Source: Rhodospirillales bacterium (GTDB lineage Bacteria; Pseudomonadota; Alphaproteobacteria; Reyranellales; Reyranellaceae). Taken from it: DNA of 59,317 nucleotides. A program made the translations under genes and the position numbers. Of the stretch, positions 10,496 to 18,574 are shown one piece after another. The DNA lies in assembly GCA_003153415.1 (NCBI GenBank), contig PLYQ01000166.1, positions 1 to 59,317 on the forward strand, written 5' to 3'. Position 1 is the stretch's first letter; each line of letters begins with the position of its first letter. A model generated the notes under the pieces. The model was not told the DNA's origin and ran no database searches. It was given only the letters and a program-made list of their open reading frames with translations.

Positions 10496-11338
10496 TCAAT
10501 CCGGGAATACGAAATCCTGGTCGTCGCGCTTGATGCCGACCTGTTCGAACCAGTCCGGTCCCAGCAGGCTGGTGGTCAGGTCGAGGCATTTCAGGCCGGC
10601 GACCGGATTGCCGGCACGCTCGACCACCAGGCCTTCCTTGGTCCGCTTCTCGCCCTTGGGGCCCCAATTGCCGATGCCGCTATAGACCGTGTAGGTGACC
10701 GCCGCCTTGGTGAAGCGCAGCCACGTCCCGCCGCCGCCGGCGAACGACACGACCTCGCCGGTCGCGGCCTTCGCCGGCGCAACCTGGCCTTCGGGCAGCG
10801 TGATCTCGAGCGGCTCGGACGAGTCGACCTTGCCGAAGCGATATTGCAGATAGCCCTTATTGAGACCGGCGTCCTTGGAGGCGCAAACCGAGACCATGCG
10901 GGTGCCGGTGCGGCAGGAAAATATGACGACCTCGGCGGGTGTACAGAAAGACTTCTGGGGCGCTGCCGGCTTGGCCCCGGCCGTGCTGTCGACCACGCGT
11001 GCGGCGCTCACCAGCGCAACGGTGCGCGTCTTCTTGCAATTGACGTCGCCCGCGCACTCGGCGGATATCACCTTGCTGAGCTGGTAGGTGAGCGTCACAC
11101 GCTTTCCGACGAGCGCAGGCTTCTCGCAAATCCCGAAGGTCGCCATCTCCTCGAACGCCGCGCCGCGCTCGTCCTTGAGCGTGAGATAGCAGGCAACGTC
11201 GCCGATATTCATCGCGGTGATGGTGCCGGAGGTCCGCTTGGTGGCATCGCCGATCTTGACCGTGCCGCTGTCTTGCGCCGCGGCCGACGAGACGCCGCCG
11301 ATCAACGCCGCGATCATGACGATCGTCCGAGTTCTCAT
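10496..11338 (-). CDS. Secreted two-domain Cys-containing hypothetical protein
   Basis: Signal peptide, GDVACY...C...C...C domain, then FSC..G..VSVC..YLQYRFG domain. ATGA overlap with the SDR stop. Confidence 0.7.
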   Translation of the reverse strand: MRTRTIVMIAALIGGVSSAAAQDSGTVKIGDATKRTSGTITAMNIGDVACYLTLKDERGAAFEEMATFGICEKPALVGKRVTLTYQLSKVISAECAGDVNCKKTRTVALVSAARVVDSTAGAKPAAPQKSFCTPAEVVIFSCRTGTRMVSVCASKDAGLNKGYLQYRFGKVDSSEPLEITLPEGQVAPAKAATGEVVSFAGGGGTWLRFTKAAVTYTVYSGIGNWGPKGEKRTKEGLVVERAGNPVAGLKCLDLTTSLLGPDWFEQVGIKRDDQDFVFPD

Positions 11339-12114
11339 GTCAGGAACTCCCCGCCGTTCACATGGATGGTCTGGCCGGTGATGAAGGTGCCTTCGGGCCC
11401 GACCAGCAGGCGCACCATGGCGGCGATCTCCTCGACCGTGCCGAAACGTTTGAGCGGGATCGGCCGGCCGGCCACCGGGCGCGGCCCCGCCGCGGCGGCG
11501 CGCGCGGTGTCGATGGCGCCGGGCGACAGCGCGTTACAGGTGATCTTGTGCGGCGCCAGCTCGACGGCGAGCGCCCGCATAAGGCCTTCGAGGCCCGCCT
11601 TCGACGCCGAGACATGACAGCGATTGGGTGTGCCGACGTGCGTGGAAACACCGGACAGGGCGACGAAGGCGCCACCGCCGCGCGCCACCATCTGCGGCAC
11701 GATCGCCTTGGCCAGCAGAAAAGCGCCGTCGAGCGCCACCGACAGGATCTCGCGCCATTCCTCGAACGACATGTCGAGGAACGAGGTCTGGCGGCGCAGA
11801 CCGGCGTTGCTCACAAGGATGTCAACGCCGCCGAATTTCTGTGCGGCCTCGGCCGCCAGCCGCGGCGCGACGGCAGGATCGGACACGTCGCCCATCGCCG
11901 CCATCGCCCTGCCGTCGGCCGCTTCGATCTCGCGTACCACGGAGTCGACCGCGGCCTTGTCGGCGCGGCCGTTGACGACGACCGCCGCGCCGTCGCGCGC
12001 GAGCGTCAGCGCAATCGTGCGGCCGATATTCTTACCAGCGCCGGTAACCAGCGCGACTTTGCCTTGCAGAGGCAAGGCCCGGGGGTTTTCCCCAGCTTTC
12101 TGATCTATTCCCAC
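11335..12114 (-). CDS. SDR (FabG-like) oxidoreductase whose native 5' end is displaced by the integrated element
   Basis: LQGKVALVTGAGKNIG, ILVSNAG, SASKAG, ITGQTIHVNGG. Codons before PLQG (12073-12114) come from the element; the native MSF start is at 28161. Confidence 0.85.
   Translation of the reverse strand: MGIDQKAGENPRALPLQGKVALVTGAGKNIGRTIALTLARDGAAVVVNGRADKAAVDSVVREIEAADGRAMAAMGDVSDPAVAPRLAAEAAQKFGGVDILVSNAGLRRQTSFLDMSFEEWREILSVALDGAFLLAKAIVPQMVARGGGAFVALSGVSTHVGTPNRCHVSASKAGLEGLMRALAVELAPHKITCNALSPGAIDTARAAAAGPRPVAGRPIPLKRFGTVEEIAAMVRLLVGPEGTFITGQTIHVNGGEFLT
12061..12072 (+). repeat. Left att core GCCTTGCAGAGG
   Basis: Identical to 28141-28152. Extends into the inverted repeat GCCTTGC-AGAG-GCAAGGC (12061-12078). 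Confidence 0.9.
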
Positions 12115-12200
12115 GTTGGATATCCCTTGATAAACCGCTGTTTACAGCTATTCTGAGCATCAAGCGGAAAACATCGGAATTACCGGCGTTTTCCCCCATT

Positions 12201-12220
12201 TGTGTCCCCGGTGTGTCCCC
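12201..12220 (+). repeat. Putative integrase arm-binding sites, 2 x TGTGTCCCC at 11-bp period
   Basis: Copies at 12201-12209 and 12212-12220; the same pair occurs inside the right end. Confidence 0.8.
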
Positions 12221-12262
12221 GGCCAAGGGGTTCGTCGGGAGTAGCCCTTGCCGGAGGCTGCC

Positions 12263-13555
12263 TTGCCCAAGCTTACCAAGCGCTTCGTTGATGCTCTACG
12301 GCCTGTCACGCGCGACACGCTGTATCGAGATGATGACCTTGCAGGCTTCGCGCTCAGGGCCAAGCCGTCGGGCGTTCGCACATGGCTCGTCCAGTACCGA
12401 AATTCGGCCGGCAGGACTCGAAAGCTCGCCTTGGGGCGAGTGGGGGTGCTGACACCCGACGAAGCGCGCCAGCGGGCACGCAAAGCCCTTGGGCGCGTGG
12501 CCGACGGCGAAGACCCCTCCGCGACACGTAATGCCGAGCGCGGGGCGATGACAGTGGCCGACCTTTGCCGCGACTACCTGGCCGACGCCGACAAGGGCCT
12601 CATCCTGGGCAAGGGCAAATGCCCGAAGTCGGAAACGACGCTGGGTCCGGATCGAGGTCGCGTCGCACGCCATATCATCCCGTTCCTGGGGACGATGCCA
12701 GTGGACGGTGTACAGCAAGCCGACGTGCGCCGGTTCCTGCACGCCGTCCAGACCGGCAAGACGGCCAAGGTGGTCAAGACCAAGACCGGGCGGCCTGTGC
12801 ATGTGACGGGCGGCAGCGGCACGGCCACGCGAACGGTGGGCTTGCTGGGCGGCATCTTCTCCTACGCCGTGCGGCAGGGCTTGCGCGCCGACAACCCCGT
12901 GAAAGGCATAGAGCGGCCGGCCGACCAGCGTCGCACTGCGTTCCTTTCGATGGACGACTATCGGGCGCTGGGTGCCGCGCTGGCCGCCGCCGAGCGTGAA
13001 GGCGAAAGCGCCCTCACCATACAGTCGGTACGGCTGCTCGCGTTGACCGGCTGTCGGAAAGGCGAGGTTGTATCGCTCACTTGGCCGGAGGTTGACCTTG
13101 AAGCGCGCCAGCTCCGGCTCACGAACACGAAAGAGGGGTACAGCATCCGACCGCTGGGCCAGCCAGCAGCCGATTTGCTGGCCAGCCTTTCGCACCATCC
13201 CGAAAGCGACCTGGTGATTGCGAGCGGTCCGAATGGAACGCCCTATGTCGCTCTGCGGCGCGCATGGGGCAGGATCCTCGCTCGCAGCAAACTCAAGGGC
13301 GTGACCCTGCACACGCTGCGGCATTCGTTCGCCACGACGGCCAACACGCTGGGCTGCTCGGAGCCGACTATTGCGGCGATGCTGGGCCACTCGCGCGGCA
13401 CCATGACCAGCCGGTACGTGCACGTCGTTGACGCCACGCTGCTGGCGGCCGCCGATCGCGTCGCCGGCGCCATCGCTCACGCGCTGGGCGGCGGGAAGCC
13501 GGCGAAGGTGGTGAAGATGCCTGAGCGCCGAAAGGCGGATCGAGCGACGTCGTGA
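12263..13555 (+). CDS. Tyrosine recombinase/integrase with N-terminal arm-binding domain
   Basis: [23 protein letters not shown]-terminus; catalytic R (TGCRKGE), K (NTKEG), HxxR (HTLRH), H (LGHS), Y (SRYVH). TTG 12263 follows GGAGG; the ORF track starts at 12248. Confidence 0.95.
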   Translation: MPKLTKRFVDALRPVTRDTLYRDDDLAGFALRAKPSGVRTWLVQYRNSAGRTRKLALGRVGVLTPDEARQRARKALGRVADGEDPSATRNAERGAMTVADLCRDYLADADKGLILGKGKCPKSETTLGPDRGRVARHIIPFLGTMPVDGVQQADVRRFLHAVQTGKTAKVVKTKTGRPVHVTGGSGTATRTVGLLGGIFSYAVRQGLRADNPVKGIERPADQRRTAFLSMDDYRALGAALAAAEREGESALTIQSVRLLALTGCRKGEVVSLTWPEVDLEARQLRLTNTKEGYSIRPLGQPAADLLASLSHHPESDLVIASGPNGTPYVALRRAWGRILARSKLKGVTLHTLRHSFATTANTLGCSEPTIAAMLGHSRGTMTSRYVHVVDATLLAAADRVAGAIAHALGGGKPAKVVKMPERRKADRATS

Positions 13556-13566
13556 TAGAATTTCTA

Positions 13567-13623
13567 TCGGCGCGGCTAGGTTTGGCCGCCGAAAACCCTG
13601 ACCGTACAGGGCCGCCGCGCCGA
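13567..13623 (+). ncRNA. Structured RNA-like element downstream of the integrase (int-alpA-motif-like)
   Basis: Perfect outer stem TCGGCGCGGC/GCCGCGCCGA enclosing TAGG...GCCGAAAA and an inner stem CCCTG/CAGGG. Family call is from memory of the layout. Confidence 0.5.
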
Positions 13624-13657
13624 CCACTCTACGGATGCACCGATACGGACGTGCGCA

Positions 13658-14314
13658 ATGGATATCGACTCACGATGGAAAGCCCGGCGACGAAGGCTCG
13701 AGCATCTGCTGAACGCTCTTGCCAAGATCAAAGAGTACCAACCGGGGCTTGTTACGAGGCGCATTCGCGTAGCGCTCGCCAAGATGCTCCCGCCTGAGAT
13801 GACGGAAGATCCGGCCATTGACGACCTTCTGAAAGGAATCGGACTGTCGCCAAAGATGCTCGAAAGTCAGCACCAGGCGCGCGACGCTTCCGGATTACGC
13901 GATCCGTTTGAGGCCGGATTTACTGGTGACCCATATGCATCTGAAATGGATGCGCTGAAGGAGTTGGCGACCCTTGCTGAGTACACGACGCCCACACTTG
14001 AGGACATCGCGAGGACACTCGAAGGCGGCTCCAAGGGTTCCGGGAGGGTGGTGTCTCAAATGCTGGAGCAGCAGGCGTCACAGGCGTCCCAAGTGGCAAA
14101 GACTGGTGCGGCAGCAAGACATGCACATGACAAAGAAAATCGCGAGAAAGTGCTCAAGCACTGGTTAACGGGAAAATGGTCGACGAAGAGGCGATGTGCC
14201 GAAGAGGTATGTGGGGACGCCGGCATTTCACAAAGAACGGCGGAGAAGGCTTTATGGGGTGCATCCGACCCCGACCCGTGGCCAGTAAAGCCTCAGCACA
14301 AGAAGCGGAATTAG
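13658..14314 (+). CDS. Hypothetical protein, possible C-terminal HTH regulator
   Basis: 218-aa ORF between int and xis with a basic helical C-terminus (KRRCAEEV..AGISQRTAEKAL). Confidence 0.55.
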   Translation: MDIDSRWKARRRRLEHLLNALAKIKEYQPGLVTRRIRVALAKMLPPEMTEDPAIDDLLKGIGLSPKMLESQHQARDASGLRDPFEAGFTGDPYASEMDALKELATLAEYTTPTLEDIARTLEGGSKGSGRVVSQMLEQQASQASQVAKTGAAARHAHDKENREKVLKHWLTGKWSTKRRCAEEVCGDAGISQRTAEKALWGASDPDPWPVKPQHKKRN

Positions 14315-14400
14315 GCACACCTCCTCCCGGGCAGACGGTCTATATCGCGCGTTTCGTTATGCTTATTGATGTTGCCCACATTCAACCGACTGAGGGCAAC

Positions 14401-14661
14401 ATGTCTCAAGCTTCCACTGCTCCCACGTCACCCAAGTGGCCTTCTCGCATGCGCAGGCAGCAAGCCAGCGAGTACTTGCGCGAGGTCCATGGCGTAACGC
14501 TGTGCCCGAATACGCTCGCTAAACTCGCCGTCGTTGGTGGGGGCCGGGGCTTCCGGCTCGACGGCAGATTCCCCATCTACGATCAGCCCATACTCGACGC
14601 GTATGCCATCGCGCGGCTCGGCCCCATTCGCAGTTCCACCAGCGACCGGCAGGCCGCTTAA
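14401..14661 (+). CDS. Excisionase/AlpA-like HTH DNA-binding protein
   Basis: MRRQQASEYL..HGV....TLAKLAVVGGG.GFRLDGRFPIY....LDAY...RL; RBS GAGGG before ATG 14401. Confidence 0.75.
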   Translation: MSQASTAPTSPKWPSRMRRQQASEYLREVHGVTLCPNTLAKLAVVGGGRGFRLDGRFPIYDQPILDAYAIARLGPIRSSTSDRQAA

Positions 14662-14667
14662 GAGAAA

Positions 14668-14698
14668 CCCCGCTCACAGGGTTCAACTGCGAGCGGGG
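14668..14698 (+). terminator. GC-rich hairpin after the xis-like gene (terminator/attenuator candidate)
   Basis: CCCCGCTC...GAGCGGGG stem; no U-tract on the + strand. Confidence 0.35.
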
Positions 14699-14739
14699 CG
14701 AAGCGATTCGTCCAACCCCTTCTTACAAGGTTAAACGAG

Positions 14740-14937
14740 ATGACAAAATTACCGCCGAGTACGCGTAAAAGCAACGCTCAACCGCTGCTCCCCCTCTTTG
14801 ACCATGCCGACCGTCGCCGTTGGGATAACGCATCCCTGGCCACCCGAATGGTGCGTCGCCGTTGTTGCATCGAGTCCGCTGCCACGGCGCGTGCGGTTGC
14901 CGAACTTGCCGGCTTCCCAGTGGGGGGCAACCGATGA
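14740..14937 (+). CDS. Small hypothetical protein of the element core
   Basis: 65 aa, ATGA-coupled to the next gene. Confidence 0.55.
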   Translation: MTKLPPSTRKSNAQPLLPLFDHADRRRWDNASLATRMVRRRCCIESAATARAVAELAGFPVGGNR

Positions 14938-15230
14938 GCGGGCGCTACCAGCTATATCATCCCAGCGGTGACCCGGAGATCCACGACCTTTCCGGTCGTG
15001 TTGAAGACACCCTCTGCAAGCTAATCAAGGCCGGCGCTGTTGGGCTGACCACGATCGAATATCCGGCGCCGAGGACGAGCGACTACGTGTTCAAGTTACG
15101 GAAGCGCGGTTTCATTATCGAGACCGTAACCGAGCCACACGGAGGCGACTTTCCAGGCCATCACGGGAGGTACTTCTTGCGCAGCAAGGTCGAGTGCCTT
15201 GATGCTAATCTGCATCAAGAGGCGGCGTGA
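14934..15230 (+). CDS. Small winged-helix protein
   Basis: LIKAGAVGLTTIEYPAPRTSDYVFKLRKRGFIIETVTEPHGG.FPGHHGRYFL; overlaps both neighbours. Confidence 0.65.
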   Translation: MSGRYQLYHPSGDPEIHDLSGRVEDTLCKLIKAGAVGLTTIEYPAPRTSDYVFKLRKRGFIIETVTEPHGGDFPGHHGRYFLRSKVECLDANLHQEAA

Positions 15231-16291
15231 TGGCCTACCAGGACGCGGCCCGCGAATATGCCAACGCTGGCATCGTACCTCTGCCGCTGGGCGGGGAAGA
15301 TGGCAAGCGACCGCTTGTCCGCCATCCCGGAAAATTCGGGCGGCAAGCCGCGCTCCAGATCGCGCCAAAGTTTCCCGACGCCAACCTCGGCTTCTGGTGC
15401 GGCCGACACAACCGCTTGACGCTGGTGGACATCGACAGCGCGGAAGGCTCCGAGCTGCAATATGCCCTCGACCGTTTCGGCCCGTCGCCCGTCATCGTGC
15501 GAACCGCCAGTGGCAAACACCATGTGTACTACAGGCACGATGGCGAGCGACGCCGTATCCGACCGATCCGGGGGCACGCAATCGACATATTGGGGGAAGG
15601 GGGCCTTGCGGTCGCCCCGCCTTCAACCAGGACCACTGGCGGCAAGTACGAGTTTGTCCATGGAGGTCTTGCTGATCTTGCGAACCTGCCTGCCATCCGC
15701 AGAGGCGCACTTCACGGTCTCGAGCCCGCACCGATCGAGAAACAGACTGCATCATCTCTCGCCGGTAACGCGGCCGCGATCGGCCAGCGCAATGACAGTC
15801 TTTTCCGGCTGGCGCTGGCCTTGGCTCACGCCGCCGAGTCAGCGGCGGCCCTGTTGGCGCAATTGAAGGAAGCAAATGCCGAATTGGCGAAACCGCCTCT
15901 GCCAGATGCCGAAATCCTACGCGCTGTGCGGAGCGCGTGGCAGTACAAGATGAACGATCGATTGATGGTTCCCGGCGCGGACAGCAGCATCATTCTGCCG
16001 TCAGCGTCGATTGCTCGCCTCCTGGTCGCAGGGGAAACCGACGCGATGGCTCTGCTGGCACTTCTGCGGCAGGCCCACAGTGGCCGGCTGGGTAGAGCCT
16101 TCGCGGCGTCACCGCTGGCGATGGAACGGCATCGGTTGATCGGATCTTGGGACAAGCGACGTTATCGGAACGCGACCCGCAAGCTCTGTGAGCTGGTGCA
16201 GCTCACGTCCGGCGGCAGAGGCAAGCACGATCCGGCGATGTACCGATTTGCACCCGCCAGCAAAGGGGACGGATTTGCCCCCCAATCTTAA
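15227..16291 (+). CDS. Bifunctional DNA primase/polymerase (Prim-Pol, AEP superfamily) with PriCT-like domain, no helicase domain
   Basis: PDANLG, LVDIDS (DxD), RTASGKHHVYY, IDILGEGGLAVAPPS, then GQRNDSLF...PPLPDAEI...SAWQY. Confidence 0.85.
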   Translation: MMAYQDAAREYANAGIVPLPLGGEDGKRPLVRHPGKFGRQAALQIAPKFPDANLGFWCGRHNRLTLVDIDSAEGSELQYALDRFGPSPVIVRTASGKHHVYYRHDGERRRIRPIRGHAIDILGEGGLAVAPPSTRTTGGKYEFVHGGLADLANLPAIRRGALHGLEPAPIEKQTASSLAGNAAAIGQRNDSLFRLALALAHAAESAAALLAQLKEANAELAKPPLPDAEILRAVRSAWQYKMNDRLMVPGADSSIILPSASIARLLVAGETDAMALLALLRQAHSGRLGRAFAASPLAMERHRLIGSWDKRRYRNATRKLCELVQLTSGGRGKHDPAMYRFAPASKGDGFAPQS

Positions 16292-16325
16292 TCAGACACT
16301 CTCCCCCTCTCTCCCCCGATCCTTA

Positions 16326-16389
16326 GCGCGGTCCCGCTCTCTCATTCCCAGCGTCATGCAGCCTAGCTGCCTACGTCGGGACGAAATCA
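16326..16389 (+). repeat. Bipartite cis-motif, copy 1: GCGCGGTCCCGCTCTC-N33-GTCGGGACGAAATCA
   Basis: Both blocks are identical to 24483-24498 and 24512-24526; GTCCCG and CGGGAC can pair. Confidence 0.85.
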
Positions 16390-16515
16390 TTATTAGAATC
16401 GATCGGACGCGGCGTTCGAGTTCATTCAGTCGCTCATTGCGCCACGAACGTGTTACAATTTCCATCGAGTGCAGCGTCGTGATGACGCCGCCGCGTCCCT
16501 GAGCAGGAGAAGCGC

Positions 16516-16704
16516 ATGCCCATCGCAGCAGTAGGCGTCGCCGCCTTCGCCATCGGCGCCGCAGTCGCCCCCGAAGCCATTGCAACCTTTGCCTTCGTCG
16601 CAGCCGTTGGCGCCACCGTTGGTGCTGTCGGCGCCGTTAGGCGCACGGCGTGCATATTCACCGCCGCATTGCTAACAGGTGAAAACAATGAGACAGCTCG
16701 TTAG
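16516..16704 (+). CDS. Small Ala/Gly/Val-rich hydrophobic protein or gene fragment
   Basis: Good RBS (AGGAG) before ATG; MPIAAVGVAAFAIGAAVAP...VGATVGAVGAV. Confidence 0.35.
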   Translation: MPIAAVGVAAFAIGAAVAPEAIATFAFVAAVGATVGAVGAVRRTACIFTAALLTGENNETAR

Positions 16705-16993
16705 TTCCTGGGTAGAGGCCGAGAAAAATGGCTACCGCCACACTTTGAGTGAGGCGATCGAGGAATTGAACCGGGAGTGCGGTATCAAACTGACGTATTC
16801 GCGGCTGGCCGAGTGGCGTAAGGGCAAATACACGCCGTCGCAGAAAGTCCTCTCGGAAATGTTCTACCGGGTATTGCCGTGGGCGCTCATGAAGTCGGGA
16901 ATCAAGGCCACCGACGAACAGCTGGACGCGCTCGAGGATCTCATCTGGAAGGTCAATGTGAGGGACGGCGAGCGGTATATCGAACATCTCTAG
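16688..16993 (+). CDS. XRE-like HTH protein
   Basis: TLSEAIEELNRECGIKLTYSRLAEWRKGKYTPS; RBS AGGTGA before ATG 16688. Confidence 0.6.
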   Translation: MRQLVSSWVEAEKNGYRHTLSEAIEELNRECGIKLTYSRLAEWRKGKYTPSQKVLSEMFYRVLPWALMKSGIKATDEQLDALEDLIWKVNVRDGERYIEHL

Positions 16994-17023
16994 GCGCACG
17001 TCGTGTACCCTGGCGGCTACCTA

Positions 17024-17677
17024 ATGATTTCGGAATTGGGCCGCAGCCGCTCAGGTGGGCGAGGCGGACGCCACCGCTGTGAATATTGCCCGGCCATCGA
17101 CATTCGCGATTTGCATCGCCTGGGGCAGAAAAGCCGAACAGGCGTTTGCGTCTCATGGCGCTGGCACCGCGGCGGCAGCGCGCTTTGTAGCATCGATATA
17201 GAGATCCACGACGATCACGTTACGCTCAGAGACGTTACGGAACGAGGGCAGCACCGCACCGAATGGATCGTCCTAACGCGAACGCCGTGTCACTACGGTG
17301 GAACACGTCCTTGGTTCTGTTGTCCCGGTTGTCACCAGCGGTGCGCGAAGCTCTATATGTACCGGGGGCGCTTCCTATGTCGGCCGTGTCACGGGCTAGG
17401 CTACCGAAGCCAGCTCGAGGCTAGGCCTGAGCGGCCGCGTCTGATCGCGCAACGCATTCGGCGAAGACTCGGTGCGTCGCCAAACTTGATCTTACCATTT
17501 CCTGCCAAGCCCGCGAAGATGCACTGGCGAACCTATTACCGTATTCGTGAGAAGGGCGAACGGTACACAACGCGCGCCATTGCGATGATGGCTGCTTCTC
17601 TGAGACTCAATCGGCTCCAATCCGGACACCAGGCGGGGCCGGCAGCGCCAGTCACAAAGGTCACTGCACCCGATTGA
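17024..17677 (+). CDS. Basic Zn-finger hypothetical protein typical of integrative elements
   Basis: TPCHYGGTRPWFCCPGC..RCAKLY....FLCRPCHGLGYRSQ and FPAKPAKMHWRTY. Start uncertain. Confidence 0.65.
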   Translation: MISELGRSRSGGRGGRHRCEYCPAIDIRDLHRLGQKSRTGVCVSWRWHRGGSALCSIDIEIHDDHVTLRDVTERGQHRTEWIVLTRTPCHYGGTRPWFCCPGCHQRCAKLYMYRGRFLCRPCHGLGYRSQLEARPERPRLIAQRIRRRLGASPNLILPFPAKPAKMHWRTYYRIREKGERYTTRAIAMMAASLRLNRLQSGHQAGPAAPVTKVTAPD

Positions 17678-18380
17678 GAAGCACTGTCCAAGACGTAGGT
17701 CCAATATCGTCGTGCGATGTGCCGCTGCACTGAGCGATGCCACCTTCGCTGCGACGACACACGAGATTATCCGCCCACCAGCGACCTCCGTTGGTACAAG
17801 TTGTATCAGAATCTCGGATAATCATTTCCTGTCCAGAGAATCGGGCCTGCGCCGGTGCGCGGCACGAATAGCCGGGCTCGCTCGGTCGGTGAAACTCGAG
17901 CTGGCCGTTGCCCTTGTCGTCGAAACAATAGGTTGAGACTCCCGGCGCCGGTCTCCTCGGGGAGTGCCGGAAGGGATCGGTGCGCCAGCATCCCTTGAGG
18001 AACGAATAATTTTCAGTCGGCTTTTCCGGCATCTTAAGCACTGGCGATGGCGGTGGCTTTAGTTGGGCGGTCTGCTGCGGGCGCGATGCCCCAGGATGGG
18101 TCGGCAGTTCGAGTGACGGCAAGGACGGCGACTGAATGCTCGCGCACGCCAGGCTCTTCCGGGCGAGTTCAAGTTCGAGTTTTCGGACTTGCTTGCTGAG
18201 GTTCGCGCCATGCTCTGCTTCAGCGGAAAGCGCCAGCGGCAGGGAGGGACAGAAGTTCCAACCCAAGGCCGGCACCAACAGCCCGCAGGCGCGCAGTAAA
18301 ACTAAGCCCACGGCGGCAACAACCGCGACGAAGGCGACCCAAAGCATAGCCGGCAGGCGCGAGCGTCGTACGCGGCCCAT
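17661..18380 (-). CDS. Membrane-anchored protein with an SrfA C-terminal-like Cys-containing domain
   Basis: TM segment, coiled coil, Pro-rich linker, then SFLKGCWR...YCFD..GNG...CRAPA...C.NG......VC.....AQCSG. Confidence 0.55.
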   Translation of the reverse strand: MGRVRRSRLPAMLWVAFVAVVAAVGLVLLRACGLLVPALGWNFCPSLPLALSAEAEHGANLSKQVRKLELELARKSLACASIQSPSLPSLELPTHPGASRPQQTAQLKPPPSPVLKMPEKPTENYSFLKGCWRTDPFRHSPRRPAPGVSTYCFDDKGNGQLEFHRPSEPGYSCRAPAQARFSGQEMIIRDSDTTCTNGGRWWADNLVCRRSEGGIAQCSGTSHDDIGPTSWTVLLNRVQ

Positions 18381-18574
18381 CAGGTTTGGAAGGTCTGCAT
18401 TGGTTTGCCCTCAACTGCCGCGAGTTTCAAAGGGCCGCGGTCCGGGAGCAACGCCGAGGCCTTGCCGCTTACCCCGCTGACACTGGCTGCGCCATCGGGT
18501 TTTCTCCTGCTAACCTAAGCGCCACGGTGTTCGAAAGACTGACAACATTCTATGTTGTCGTCGGCAGGCAAAGA

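Noticed and set aside
16326-16389. Hammerhead ribozyme, because GTCCCG...CGGGAC-GAAA looks like stem II plus GAAA
   Set aside because: The required CUGANGA core is missing before the stem in both copies (TTAGCGCG and CGCGCGCG instead).
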